From Takakia lepidozioides (Eukaryota; Plantae; Bryophyta), in contig CM060734.1 in the NCBI GenBank assembly GCA_030704615.1, forward strand, positions 10,850,001 to 10,914,000: a stretch of DNA of 64,000 nucleotides, given 5' to 3'. The position numbers and the translations under genes were made by a program. The notes beneath the pieces were generated by a model, which ran no database searches, was not told the DNA's origin, and saw nothing but the letters and a program-made list of their open reading frames with translations. Below are positions 27,378 to 40,300 of this stretch, piece after piece. Numbering within the stretch: position 1 is the stretch's first letter; each line of letters opens with the position of its first letter.

Positions 27378-28105
27378 ACGACACCTGGCCCACAGAGAAC
27401 ATCCCACGGATGGAAAAATGGAGCCGAATTTAATACGAGGCCCGTCAGATGAAGTCGTGGACACCTGGCCGACAGAGAACATCCCTCGGATGGAAAAATG
27501 GCGACGAATCTCCAATGAGGCCGTTCGGCTGAAGTTGTCTCGGGGGGAGAGGCCAACACCTGGCCTACAAAGAATATCCCCCGGATGGCAAAACGGTGCC
27601 GAATTTCCATACGAGGCCCGTCGGGTGAAGTCGTCTCAGGGGGAGAGGCCGACACCTGGCCGACAGAGAACATCCCTCGGATGGAAAAACGGCGCCAAAT
27701 TTCCATCCGAGGCCGTTCGGATGAAGTGATCTCGGGGGGAGAGGCCGACACCTGGCCGATAGAGAACATCCCACGGATGGAAAAATGGCGCCGAATTTCC
27801 ATACGAGGCCGGTCGGATGAAGTCGTCTCGGGGGGAGAGACCGACACCTGGCCGACAGAGAACGTCCCTCGGATGAAAAACGCGCCCGAATTTCCATCCG
27901 AGGCTGTTCGGATGAAGTTGTCTCGGGGGAGAGGCCGACACCTGGCCGACAGATAACATCCCCCGGATGGAAAAACGGCGCCGAATTTCCATACGAGGCC
28001 CGTCGGATGAAGTCGTCTCGGGGGGAGAGGCCGACACCTGGCCGACAGAGAATATCCATCGGATGGAAAAACGGCGCCGAATTTCCTTACGAGGCCCGTC
28101 GGCGG
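27378..28105. repeat. 96-bp hairpin tandem array (~7.5 units), inverted relative to 17565-19230
   Basis: Reverse complement of the same unit; lies between the divergent transposase and methyltransferase genes. Confidence 0.92.
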
Positions 28106-28208
28106 CGCCATTTTTCCAGTTCCGGGCCCAGTCAGATCTGGGACTTAGCCATTTTCGGACCCAGTCTGGAAAAATGGATGTGATTATGTCTCTGTTTTTT
28201 GAATGCAG

Positions 28209-30556
28209 GTACTGTAAGTTCTCCCTGTTGGAGAAAGGTCATCTGTCCTTCCAGCCGCCATTCTTCCTCGTATGGAGGAACCCTGGAGCTGACTCCATGT
28301 ACACTGACGTTATCGTGAAGGAGTGGCATCTGGAGCATTTGCACGACTGCCCTTGGTATGTGGACCTTCCGCCCGGCTCGCTCGACTCATCCGAGTTCCA
28401 ATTGAAGCTGGATGTGGAGGCCCGACAAAACCGGGCTCCGCTGCCTCCGCTGGGTCCAAAGGAGGCGAAAGCACTTGCCAAGTCCAGGAAAGCGGCAGAG
28501 CTTGCTCATGCAGGTATTCAGGAGAAATTGAAAGAGAAGAATAAAGGACAAATGAAAAGGACACGGAAACAGGGGAGTAAAGTAACCCCCAAAAAACAGA
28601 AAACCACCGGGGCACCAGAGGAGGCGTAGGAGGGCCCCAAGGAGTGACTCCGACGACGACTTTGTGCAAGGTCCTGCGACTGCTGCTGCTGCTACCAAGT
28701 CGCCGGTTGTCCGGTTCCCCAAGTCAGTTCGGACTGGGACTGGCTCTGCCAAGAAGTTGGCATTTGAGGGCGAGCCTACACAGCGGTATTCGGCGGTGAC
28801 GTTTCCGCAAAGGCCAAAGCTAGAATCCCCAACTATCATCCAATGCGTCAATGAGAGCTTTCTTGACGCTCTGGCTGCCAGGGCGAAGAAGGTGGCACAC
28901 AGCAAGTCTCTGGAGGAGCTGAAGGGGAAAGCCAAGAAGAGGGTTGCTGCTACAGAGCCTAAAGACACCCCTGGTTTGGAAGCCATGATGGAATTCTTCA
29001 ACGGCTGTGAGCACGGATTGCAAAAGCACCTGGGGGGGGGGGTTGAGGTGGAGAGAGCCTGCGATATGATTCTCCTCGATATTCCAGATGGGGAGCTGCC
29101 GGAGGGCCTGGATGGTGTGCCCACCTTGAACAGGTTTACGGAGGACTATTGGAGAGCCGGGTTTGGGCTGGCGGGGATGCTCCTGGATGATGGTGGATGT
29201 ATGGTGGTCCTTGCCACAAGAGGGAAGACCACAGAGAATGTTGTGGCAAGGTGGACACCAAAAAATGTCACCCCGGTCGTCCTGAAAAAATGGTTCTGCA
29301 TCAATACGCGGGGGTTGCGAATAGAGGGCCAGAGTGTAAGTTATCAATCTATTGCATTCACTTCATATTGTGGTGTATCTAAACTAGATCCTGGAGTGGA
29401 TCCCTCTTTTGTTGGATGTGCAGACATTGGTATTTGAGGCATATTGTTTTGTGAAGAGAGGGTCTACGTTCAAATTCTACAATGACAGTCGTCTTGTTGA
29501 TGCCGCTGTGGACCCTGTTACATTACGATGTCCTCTACAACTATGTGACCCAATCCAGTATGCCGAAGGACACAAAGACAGGCAAACCGTGGCGGTACAG
29601 CCGGACCCGGAGCCCTGCTTTCATCCAAACCCTCATGGAGACGTGCTCGGATGTACAAGGGCGGATTCTTGACCTCACATGCGGCACGGGTAAGCCTTCA
29701 CGTGCACATTTTGTCCCCTGGCCCGATTGCAATTGCATGCCGCATGCTACTAACCACCCGCTTTGTCCCTCAGGTGCTTCAATGTGGGCAGGGACGTTGT
29801 CCGACAAGCATGTCTTCGCCTTCGAGCCAGATACTGCCCTCCACAACTCTGAACTTGAAACGGCTGAACGTCTGCCGAAAGAGGAAGAGGCATCCTCGGA
29901 GGATGAGGAAGAATCCGAGAAGGAGGTGGGGGAGGTACAAGTTGGGATTGAGGCCGATGAACCCCCGGTTTACGAATGAGTGGTCGCATTGTAAGTTGCA
30001 TCTTGATTTTGTGAGGCACCTCCCTTTGCTCTCTTATTTCATTGAAAGACCCTTTTTGGCCCTTCTGCGGGTATTGACATTCTTAAAGTGGATTTGTTCT
30101 TACTGCAGGAGGGACGTCTACACCGCAGTTCATGGGCAGGATGAACATGCCTTTTTTTGCCAGGGGGGATTTCATGTCGAGTCCAGAAAGGGACTACATC
30201 TTTCCTACTTATGTTGCCCGGCTTGCTTCGGTGTCCATTAGGAGGTCTTTCGAACCTAGTCGTGTACAACAAATTTTAGCGAGGCAAGCCTCAAGAAAAT
30301 GAAGATGAGGGAGGAGGCAACAGCTATTAGAGCCCGCCAGGCTCGTAGATTTGTCTTGGATTCTGCTGAGGAAAGTGGGAGAGAAGAAGCAGAAGATTCC
30401 CTGCAGGTGAGGTGGACAGTCCCCTAAGGAGAGGACAGAATTTTTGAGAGGCATAGTGGAACTGATGCATCACAGAGCTCGGAGGATGGGGGGGATGAGG
30501 GGGATGAGGAGGAAGGTGGGGAAGTCCTCGAAGTCCTCGGAGGTGTAAGAGAGTAG
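28209..30556 (+). pseudogene. Spliced beta-class DNA amino-methyltransferase (N4-cytosine/N6-adenine type) with acidic C-terminal exon; disrupted in this copy
   Basis: Motif IV-like DMILLDIPDG (DIPD at 29078-29089), then motifs X-I-II RSPAFIQTLMETCSDVQGRILDLTCGTG|ASMWAGTLSDKHVFAFEPD once GT-AG introns 29336-29423 and 29690-29773 are removed. Frameshifts near 28600 and 29520. Confidence 0.75.
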
Positions 30557-30788
30557 TGCCCATTCCGGCTATGACAGTTAGGACACACTTGTATAGATGT
30601 GGTTTGCCACAAAATTTGCAATAAAATGTTGCATTTCATTGCTATGACGAATCCACTGGTGCCACATTCCAACTTCACATGACCCTATTTCCATGCCTCC
30701 TAACCCTATTTCCGTGGACACACAATGGTCCGCTCATGCTTTTTTTTTTTCCGCTCATGCTCATGCCGCTCATGAAATAGCAGCCCCC

Positions 30789-33610
30789 TCTCAAGGACCT
30801 GGACCTGGAACCGCAAGTCTTCACCCTGCAGGATAAATCTGACTTAGAGAGGCTGTAGTGTCCAACCATGTCTGTGGGCAACCTGAAGACATTATTCATT
30901 TTCTGATACACCGTCCGGGGTTCTCTCACCAAAGAGACGCTCTCTTCAAATCTATCAAGGGAATTGTGCATGTACCTCTGTTTACTAACTTTGAAAAAGT
31001 CGAGGCAGCAGCTGCTCAATCACTCCCCCCCCCCCCCCCCCCCCCACCTTCTTTTCTTTTCTTTGTTGCCCCCTGATGTCTCCCTCTCACTCCCTCTCTC
31101 TCCCTCTCTCTCCCTCTGGACACTGGGCTTATGGAATTGTTGTCCCGACTTCCATCCTTGAGGAAATTGAAAAAAATTGCAAAATTGGGTTGCAGGGAAT
31201 TTTGGATGTTCTTTATCCAATTTTTTTTTTAAAACCAAACTATATTTTTAGTGAAATATTTCTTCACTAAAAAACTGTGAAATTCCCGTCAGTTTCTACT
31301 TTTCAATCCAACCTGGATGAAAAAAAGACTTCATCTGACAGGACCTAAATACAGGGCAAAACAGTTTTTTTTTTTTATAAAAAATCCCCCATGTGTTTCA
31401 TCTAACCTAGATGAAATACGGACTACATCCGTTGAAGTGCAAAACAGGATGAAAGCACGATGTCTTTCATCTTCCACGAATGAGAAACGGACAACGTCCG
31501 TCGGACGGACAGACTGGCGGATGTTTTTCATCCTGAGAAGGATGGATGACGGGCCAGGCAGGGGAAAACCCTGCGCAACCCTAATGTCTTTCTTTTTGCG
31601 CTGCGAGAGTACGCGCGATGGCGGCTTGTGAGGAGCGATGGTGCTCGTGCTGCAGATACCTTGAGCTGCCATTCGTTGAGTGTTTATGGCTCCTGTGAGT
31701 GACGCCTGGGCGAGCTCTTTTAAGGCGATGGCTTAGTGATGAGGGAAGATTCCCTGTCTCAATTGTATGTTTTTTTGCTGCACAAGGGAACCGCGGCAGT
31801 GATGGCGGAGGCACCCCCTGCATGCCTAGGTTGTTTCCCTGGTAGCCCTCCTCTGGATCTTTGATGAATGGTGGCACAAGGAAGTCTCTCTCCCTCCCTT
31901 TATAAACCCTACCTTTTGAAACCAAGCTCTTTTTTTCTTGTGCTTGGCAAGATCTTGCTTTGGTGAAGGTAGCAGTGCTGTGGTGCTGGCGAAGTCCTCC
32001 CTGCACGGTTAGGCTTGTGGAGAGATAACGACTCTCCTCCAAACAATAAAAAAGGTTTTTTTTTTTTCGTTGATTTTGCTTCCTTGTTTCCTTTGGCATT
32101 CTCTGCGCTTAGATTGAAGTGTATTTGACCTCGATGCAGTGTGGAAGCCTGCTACTCACCTCGTGCATCCTCACTAACTCACAATGCGTTGTGGTTGTTT
32201 TTGGGACGGGCACAGTGAGGGCTTCCACTTATATTCTGATGTCTAAGTGCTGCTGGATGCCAAGTGGGATTGCAGAGCAGGGAAAGGAATCGTTTGCCAA
32301 GGACTCATCCTAAAATGTTGAAAAACTAAACTACTCCCAGCCATTGGAAAGACTCTGTTATGATGTGACAGCCGGGTTTATGATGGCTTGTGTGAGAGAC
32401 ACACATCTATTTTCCAGGCCCTAGTTTGCTTTCCTTACCTTATGGTAGTTGGAAACTAATTGAGAGGCTGCAAGGAACTGTTTGCTGCAGCTACTCGGGT
32501 ACCTCTGTTTAAAAGACCCCTGTTATGTTCCAACCCAGATGGCTTTTGATTAGCTAGATGCTTAGGCCAGGTTATGGTGAAGTTTCTGCCTGTGGCTATT
32601 CGGCTGACACTGAAATATGGCAGTAATATAAAATGGTAACCTGGTTTTTGAGGCAGCCAGGGTGGTCAAGTGGAAATACCCCCTGGACATGGTGTAATGA
32701 CATGGTCAAATGTGGAATGATGTGAAGGGTTTACTGACAGTACCATATACTGTCACAAGATGTGTATGCAGTCCTTTATATTTACCTTGTTTTGTCAAGA
32801 GCTTTGATTTTCAGCTGTAGCAAGAAATAAAGGTATAGGGGTGTTCTGGAAAACTTAACCAGACATATCCACATCCCCTGCGGGGGCAAGCTGTACTGCA
32901 CACCAGTCTAAAACAAATACTGGCAAGCAAGGTATTTAAATCTGTGATATCCAGTGTTGATTTCTTTTTTAAGAAAACCCTCCATGACACCCATGGGTTT
33001 TAGTAAGTATGCTTGGATCACAGCTTGCAGACAGTAAATCTATATGACTATGTGACCTGCAACCACAAGGCCAAAATATGGCCAAGTACCCGCCATCTCA
33101 CCCAGACCTATGTAAGTGTATCATGATCTTGACTGGTTGTCAATCAGCATCAGTGGCATACTCTCTGGATTATGAATCATACTGACATGAACACATTACT
33201 GTGCATGGGTGTCATTCTAGATTTTCTAAGCTTGATGATTGATGGATGGTGCCACTGTTAAGTGGCTGATATGTCTATTATTCTTTCATGACAACGACCC
33301 TAGGGGTCCTGTCTTTGTCTTGACATGAAAAACGTATCTTCCCTCTCTTCTGTGTTGCTCTCTTTTAAGCTCCCGACACCCTAAAATTCAGGTCAGATGG
33401 TGGGTTCAGCTGCAACATATGTCCAACACCAGATTATCTCTAAGTTAATCGACTCTATATCTTGGAAACAGGACCGCCCTGTCAAACAGGGTGAACCCTG
33501 GGAGAAGAGAGTAAAAGAGATCCTCAAGGATCTGAATCTGGACCCGCAAGTCTTGACCTTGCTGGATAATCCTGACTTAGAGAGTGTAGTGTCCAAAGCC
33601 ATGTCTGTTA
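30789..33610. repeat. Repeat Y, copy 2 (31003-33348 matches 470-2866), with ~85-bp terminal direct repeat
   Basis: Direct alignment to copy 1; 30790-30876 resembles 33523-33608 (KDLxLxPQVxTLxD..DLE). Confidence 0.8.
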
Positions 33611-34769
33611 CCACGAAAAATTGTCCCGATGAAAATGAAGTTAGGAAGAAAACTTCCCTGAACTTTTCCATTCTGTGACATTGTGGAAGACATCATGGAT
33701 GCGCTCAAGGGTCATCCCACTCTTTGCACCAGACCTAAATTTTAGAGTCAGGGCAGGAGACTCCTTTGATGAACAGTAAAACAAAGCAGAGAGGAAAGGG
33801 AGAGTGCAATTTCCCCGTGACGTACCTCTGCTGCTGCGGCTGCTTGAAGCGAGCTGTTGCGGTGTTGTCGCGGCTTGCCGATCGGCGCGGGTCCCCGCCG
33901 TTGCGTGGCCGTCTCTCCCCCGCTCACCACGGCTCTCGCTCTCTTCATCTCGTTAGGTCCGCGCCTCTGCGCGGCGTTCCTACCACACAGGGGAGAGAGA
34001 CATCAGCCCGTGCTTAGGGCAAGAAAGAAAGACAGAAAGTGAGGGAGGAGGCGGTGCTTACCTTGGGCGTTGGAGCGGCGTTGGGGCAAACTCCTTGGGG
34101 CCTTGCGACCACCTCGGGCTCAGCAGCAGGTGCGTTTCTCCTCCACCCTAAACCCCACTCTCTGAACTACCTCTCTCCCAAAGAACAAACGAAAACGGGA
34201 GGGGAAAGAGATGCTTGAAGCACTTAGGGAAAAAAAAGGCGCGGCGCCACGTGCGACGCGGCCGTCGCACGCCTGCGCCCGCCCTTTTTTGAAATGTAAA
34301 AATGAAGATTGCGACGGCTGGCCGTCGTTTCTTGCGACCCCTGGCCCCATAAATAAAAAAACACGTCGCCCCCGCGAAATAAAAAAAAACTCGTCGTCCA
34401 ATGCGACGCCAGGGTGTCGCAGGAGGCGACGGCCGCCTTTCTGGATTTAGGTTTAGGGCCTTTTGGGTTCTTAGTTTTTATTTATTTTTTCATATGGTAC
34501 TGGGTTAGGGTGTTTGCTTTTCTTTATGGTGCTGGGTTTTGGATTGGCGGTTTTGGTTGTGGGTCTTGGGGTTAAAAGGATAAACGGTGTAATTAGGATT
34601 CACATACCCAAAATGTGGTTCAATCTGATAATCGCAAAGCGGCTCTAGCACCATATGGATGCTCCGCCTTTGGTTACCAATTTTGAAAGCCCCGAGGCTG
34701 AGGCATAGGGTTTTTTTGCCAACGGTTTTGAGAAATGAAAGTGTTGGTGGTGTGTGTTAATTAGGATGG

Positions 34770-36343
34770 ATGGTGAGGAAACATCGACCCGTCTCCCTCG
34801 AGGATGGGGAGGTAGTACCACATATCGATTGTGGCCCTAGAGCGACCATTTTTCGTGGCGAGGAGGCACCCATTGCACCTGATCCAATACAGGCTGCCGG
34901 GCACAATCGTAGAAGGGACCGGGGCCAAATTTCAGGTGATGCGGAGGATGTTGACACTCCGGGATCGAGTCGGGCGCGCCGGGTTGCCCCCTCGCGGGCC
35001 ACCCGTCCAACCACGTCCACCTTTGACCCCCCCGACAGGATTGAGTGTTGGTGCACTAAGTGTTGGGAACGGATACCGCCGGGCGGCACCAGACCACCGA
35101 GGCGGCGACCGCATGTTGTCGAAAAACATTACAAGAAGAACAAGATTGCGGATGCGGCAAAGGTGAGTGTTTTTCCCACCCCTCTCATTAACATTCATTT
35201 AAGGTACATTTAGATTTATCTAGTATGATTGGTAAGCATACATGAATCAAAATTACGACATAAGTATTGATGCGTCGTTCACTACGCACATTGCAGCCAC
35301 GACTTGATGCCCAAGCTCGCAATCACATTGCACAGGAGGCATTTCGCGCCGGTCTACTTGCAGAATTTGTGCCAGAGCATGTGCCCGATGTGACCAGTTG
35401 GTTCCCCCAGCAGCACGTAGATGAGATGCGTAGGGTCGAGGGGTATCGTAGGTGTCGTAGGCGTTATGGCCGGCGACGAGCAGCCCCCCCCCCCCCCCCC
35501 CCCCCCCCGTCTGTTTCTTTGTTTGATCCACCTCCGGTTGTACCTGATCCGGACGTTGTACCCCCCTGCACCTCCGACATTACATCCTCAACCACCTCCA
35601 CTTTCATCTCCTCCGCAGCAGTACCACCTCCACCTCCACGTCAATGTGCCCCCCGAACCCCTAGGAGGGTCGGCTTCGCCCTAGGTTTCCTCCCCTTCGG
35701 CTTGGGCGGCCTGAGCCGGATCCTCGCCCCCGATGGGAAGCGCATAGGACTATGTTACTGAGGACCGTCCAGCCTCGTTGTTGGGGGAATCATCTCGACC
35801 CTCCCACCCCCATCCGAGAAAATGTGGAGTTCGAGTATTGGGGGAGACGGTATGTTGTGAGAGCCGCTACAGACCCTGCTATGGGTCGGGGTTATTCACA
35901 CGGTCAATGATATTGTGGTTCCCTCGGAGAAACAGCATGGTGGACTTGTTTCCCTACTACGGTCCATACTACACCTCCGCGGAGTTCCGTACATTACGCC
36001 GAAGCCCCATACATCCTACCCTACATTTTTGTGTGTCAACGGACAGGATGTACGTAGACGGGGGTTGTCTCCCATTGAGATCAGATTTTGTGATGGTGAC
36101 CCCGACATCTTCGGCAATGTTGCTGGGCTGGTCAATAGTTCTTTTGGTCATCCTAGGAGAACCAATGTAGTATGGGACGAGCGAAGCGATGGGCATGAGA
36201 GCTTTTGTGGTCATACGTCAGTATACTGTGAGGGGATGCACATGTTTGTGATGACATGTGCTAGTAGGACTATTAGGGCTGGCAGCGAACTATTTGCATC
36301 ATACGAGTTCTCCCGGGATGATTGGGACCTCCGATTAGCGTGA
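34770..36343 (+). pseudogene. CACTA cargo gene: Cys/His Zn-finger-like exon, Pro-rich linker and SET-domain, frameshifted
   Basis: IECWCTKC...VEKH followed by a gtgagt donor (~35163). SET motifs YGSGLF, FPYYGPYY, DGDPDIFGNVAGLVNSS, N, ASRTIRAGSELFASY. Confidence 0.65.
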
Positions 36344-37399
36344 GTGGGATGTGTATGATAGAAATAGGGTTCCTTTGAGACAGGGATCGCGTAGAGGGGC
36401 ATTGTAGATATTCTCATGATGTACTTTGTATACATCCGATTAATCGATTGATGTAAAAATTCTTGTTGCTCGTGTGGTTGCAACTTTGCATATGTGATCT
36501 AAACATACTTATGCACATGTGGACCAAATATGAGCTTGAACCAAGTTGATTCAATGGGTCATTCTAGTGTTGAACGCAGCTACGTGTCATAGAGACGGAA
36601 AATTGTGTTTCGCCTGCAGATGATTTTTTTTTTTCCATTTTCAAGCCATATGCTTAATGATAGCATATGCAATGTGCGTGCAAAATTTGGGAGTAAACAA
36701 AAGTCATTTGGACCCATAACCAGATTTTGTTCTCTCATTTGCACTCCAAAGTTGAGTTATTTCAAATTTCATGCACTTTTCATAGAGAGTTCTGCAAAAG
36801 TGACCCTAGAAACACACTTATTTTTTTTTCCATTTTTTTTTGTCCCATTTTTTGCATGGATGTAGTGGTGCAAAGCCATGTCACAGAACAAAATAGAGCT
36901 AAAAATAAAATCATTACGCCCCTCAAAACCGCAATCATATATTTTCTAAATGCAAATATTTATTTTAAATTCATTTAAATTCGATTTAATTCAAAATTGG
37001 TGCAAGGGTGAGTGCGTTGGGGAGGCAATTTTTTATTATTTTCCTGCTGGATCTTTGTACAGGTGTTGCACACATATTTAAGCACATGTAGGAAAAAATG
37101 AAGCTTGAGCCACATCCGTTTGTTGGGTGCAATGGCATGAGAGGATTTTCTTTCACATTAATAAACAAAAATTGGTTGATAGGGTGAATGCGTCATTGGG
37201 GGGGCAAATGATTTTGTTTGGGTTTGAAACTTTGCATGCGTGTACGTTGCGCACATACATGTAATTATTGAATGACATATTTGATGCACACACACATTGA
37301 AGGTTGTTGTTTGCATTTCGCTTATAATGAAGTGTATGGTTGCAAGGACACATTATAATATATGTCCCTATGTTTCATTTGTTCGTATCAGGACTTTGT

Positions 37400-40300
37400 C
37401 CATCCCTTCCCGGTCTTTTCTCTTGGCACCCCATCCGAAAACAACCCAAGTACATCAGGCGGGAGCCGTGGGCGAGACGCCGCCCCACGGTACCGGACGA
37501 TGATGACGATGACAGTGATAGTGACAGTGACAACAACAATGAGCATGGAATTAACCAGGAGGATGTGCAAGCCATGGAGGATCTCTTAATGCATCATGTG
37601 GGCGCTGATGCATCCCATGAAGAGGGAACCCGGCCAATCGATGATCCTGAAATGGCCCCCTCAAATGACATGGAGAGGGAGGCGAGAACTCCCTTGTACG
37701 AAGGGGCGAAAGTGAGTCGACTTTCAACAATCTTACTTTTGCTCAATCTTCAAATTCGATTTTGGCATAAGTAATGTTGGGATGTCTGCCATAATGCGAA
37801 CTATTGCAGACTATATCCTTGCTCCACACTTGAAACCCAAGATGCCACGGTCGCGAAAGAGGCGCGCGAAGTCTTGGACTCTGTGGGGATGGGCTATAAG
37901 ATTTTTCATGCATGTCCATGTGATAAAACCCTATACTACGGAGAGATTCGCATCTCACCAAGTGCCCAAAGTGCAAGAAAGACCGATATCGGGATGATGT
38001 CCAAGGGAAAAAATACCACGCAAGGTATAAGCGCCATTCCCCCTCGCATGGAGATTATTTCTTTAATCTTCTCAATGTATGTAAAGTGTATTCCACAAAG
38101 TTTAGGGTTTAGAGAGTAGTACTCATGCAAGATCTGATTGTGGTTTTGGAAGGAGTGAGTGAGGAGTGGAAGGAGCGACGTTTGGTTTTGACCATTCACA
38201 CCCAAATGAGGGAGAGGCTGCATAAAGGAAAGACATAAGGGTGTTGTATTATGTGTGCTAATGGGATGATTACATGTGGGGGGCGGGGTATTTCATCCTA
38301 GAAAATGCATTACTTTCCGATCATCCCGCGATTGAGGGCACAGTACCGAAGCCCCGAATTGGCCAGACTCATGAGATGGCACGCCTCGCATCGGAGCCCC
38401 CCGGGAAAGGTGTGCGGGCCACAAGATTCACAAGCATGGAGGCATATTGAAGAGATGTGGCCTTTTCTCTTGGAGGACCCACGACATGTCCACCTCGGCT
38501 TCTCCTCGGATGGGGTCAACCCATTCTCTGTCCAGTCATGTAGTCATTCCACTTGGCCGGTGACCATGGTGAATTACAACATCCCTCCGTATCTTTCAAT
38601 TAAAAAAGGCCATATCATGTTGGCTGCCATTGTGCCAGGTGAGTGTACTCATTTCATGTTTATTATTGCCTTCGACTTTACATTAAACTTCTGATCTCTG
38701 ACGCAATTCGGATGCAAGATTGATGAGTGACATAATCATGGAGTAAGACGTGTAATTCATTTTGTAGTATAATCTGCATATTGGTGGAGCATTGAAACAA
38801 TGATGTGAATGTCTCATAAGGAAAAAACAAGTGGCAAACATGGACACGTACTTGCGACCTCTTTTGATGAACTTAAGAGCTATGGAGGGGGGTCCCGGCA
38901 TTGGATGCTTCACTTGACCCTATGGCCGGACAATCTTTTCAGATGAGAGGCATCTTGCTTTGGACAATGCATGATTATCCAGGTATATTATGTTCCCCAT
39001 GAACAACCCGCGTACATTCACTTGTCAATGCCGGATAATCGATGAGGATTGGGATTGATTGAAGTAGCGGCGACAGTCTTGTGCACCGTAGTGGGGTAGA
39101 TGGCATTATGGGCCATGCACATGACAACTTTTTGTTTTTGCTAATGTGGCGGGATGTGTAGTACATGACTAACTGTTTGCTCGGGGCTAAGCACCAAAGG
39201 GTACCATGCATGCTTGCATTGTGGCGATGATCTTGATGCACATAGCTCCCGCCATCTTCACAAGATGGTGTATCCCAACTACCGCAAATTTCTTCCTATG
39301 AGCCATCGATGGAGAAGAAGAGAGAAACACTTGTTTGATGGCAAAGAGGAAGTACGTCCCCCCCCTATGACACCGTCCGGGCAGTTTTGGGAGGACCGAT
39401 GGAAGGAGGCCCATGCGGGCACGGACGGTGAAGTGGACGTGCCCGCATGAAACGACTTTCAATCTTCTACGAGTTGCCATATTGGGCGGTACATATTCCA
39501 CAAAAACACCCAATATCCCTATGCATGCATGTGATATTGCACATTTGGTATGCGTTGCATTGTCACTTTCACGTAAAAAATTTTGTGTAAGTCTTTGTGG
39601 GTGGGGATATATGTAGGACCTGAAGATTCATCTTCTAGATCCCATGCATATTGAGAAGAATGTCTGCTCGTCCCTTTTTCGGGTTCTTCATGGCACGCCG
39701 GCAAAGAAGGGAGTGGCTGCAAAAGGAGATTCTCTCGGTGTTAGAAATGAGCTTGAGGAGCAGGGTCGCATGCCATCTATGGGCCGAACAAAATGGTGTG
39801 GACCCAAAAGGTGTTGTACGGTGGAAGTATAGGTGGTTATGGGTCATCCCTCCGTACGAAGTTCAACGAAGAAGACGGGGTCCATGGTTTGAAGTCTCAT
39901 GACTACCACAATCTATTGCAAGACATCTTGCCCATTGCAGTACGTGGGACATTGACTCCCGAGGTTCGTGAGACAATCTATAGATTGGGAGGCTTGTTCC
40001 GGTGGATTTGCTCCAAAGAGTTGGAAGAAGCAGATTTTCCACGCATGAAGAAGGAGGCGGCGGAGGTAATGTGTATGTTGGAGATGCACCTTCCTCCCTC
40101 CTTCTTTGACATCCAAGTGCACTTGGTGCACTTAGTGGAAGAGGCTTCGATTGCCGGCCCCGTTCATCTTGGATGTACTTCCTGAGCGTTATATGAAGAC
40201 TTTGAAAGGATTTGTAAGACAAATGGCGCACCCGGAGGGTAGCATGGCGGAGGGGTATACGTTGCAAGAAGCTATGTTCTATTGCACGGAGTACATGGCA

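Larger units (their letters stand above)
23737..30788. mobile_element. Element X: ~7.05-kb TIR DNA transposon (Mutator-like transposase plus DNA methyltransferase cargo)
   Basis: Left end gaggttagctatttcatgagcatgagcggcatga; right end reverse complement gggggctgctatttcatgagcggcatgagcatgagc. Subterminal GGCGCCGAATTT motifs at 23930-24195. Confidence 0.85.

Noticed and set aside
23737-30788. Sola2 classification from GRG termini and a possible 4-bp TSD
   Set aside because: The transposase motifs (CxxH, TTNxAESxH) are Mutator-like, not Sola-like.
30789-33610. Endogenous geminivirus/CRESS genome or Penelope element, suggested by size and tandem structure
   Set aside because: No Rep, RT or GIY-YIG motifs recognised.
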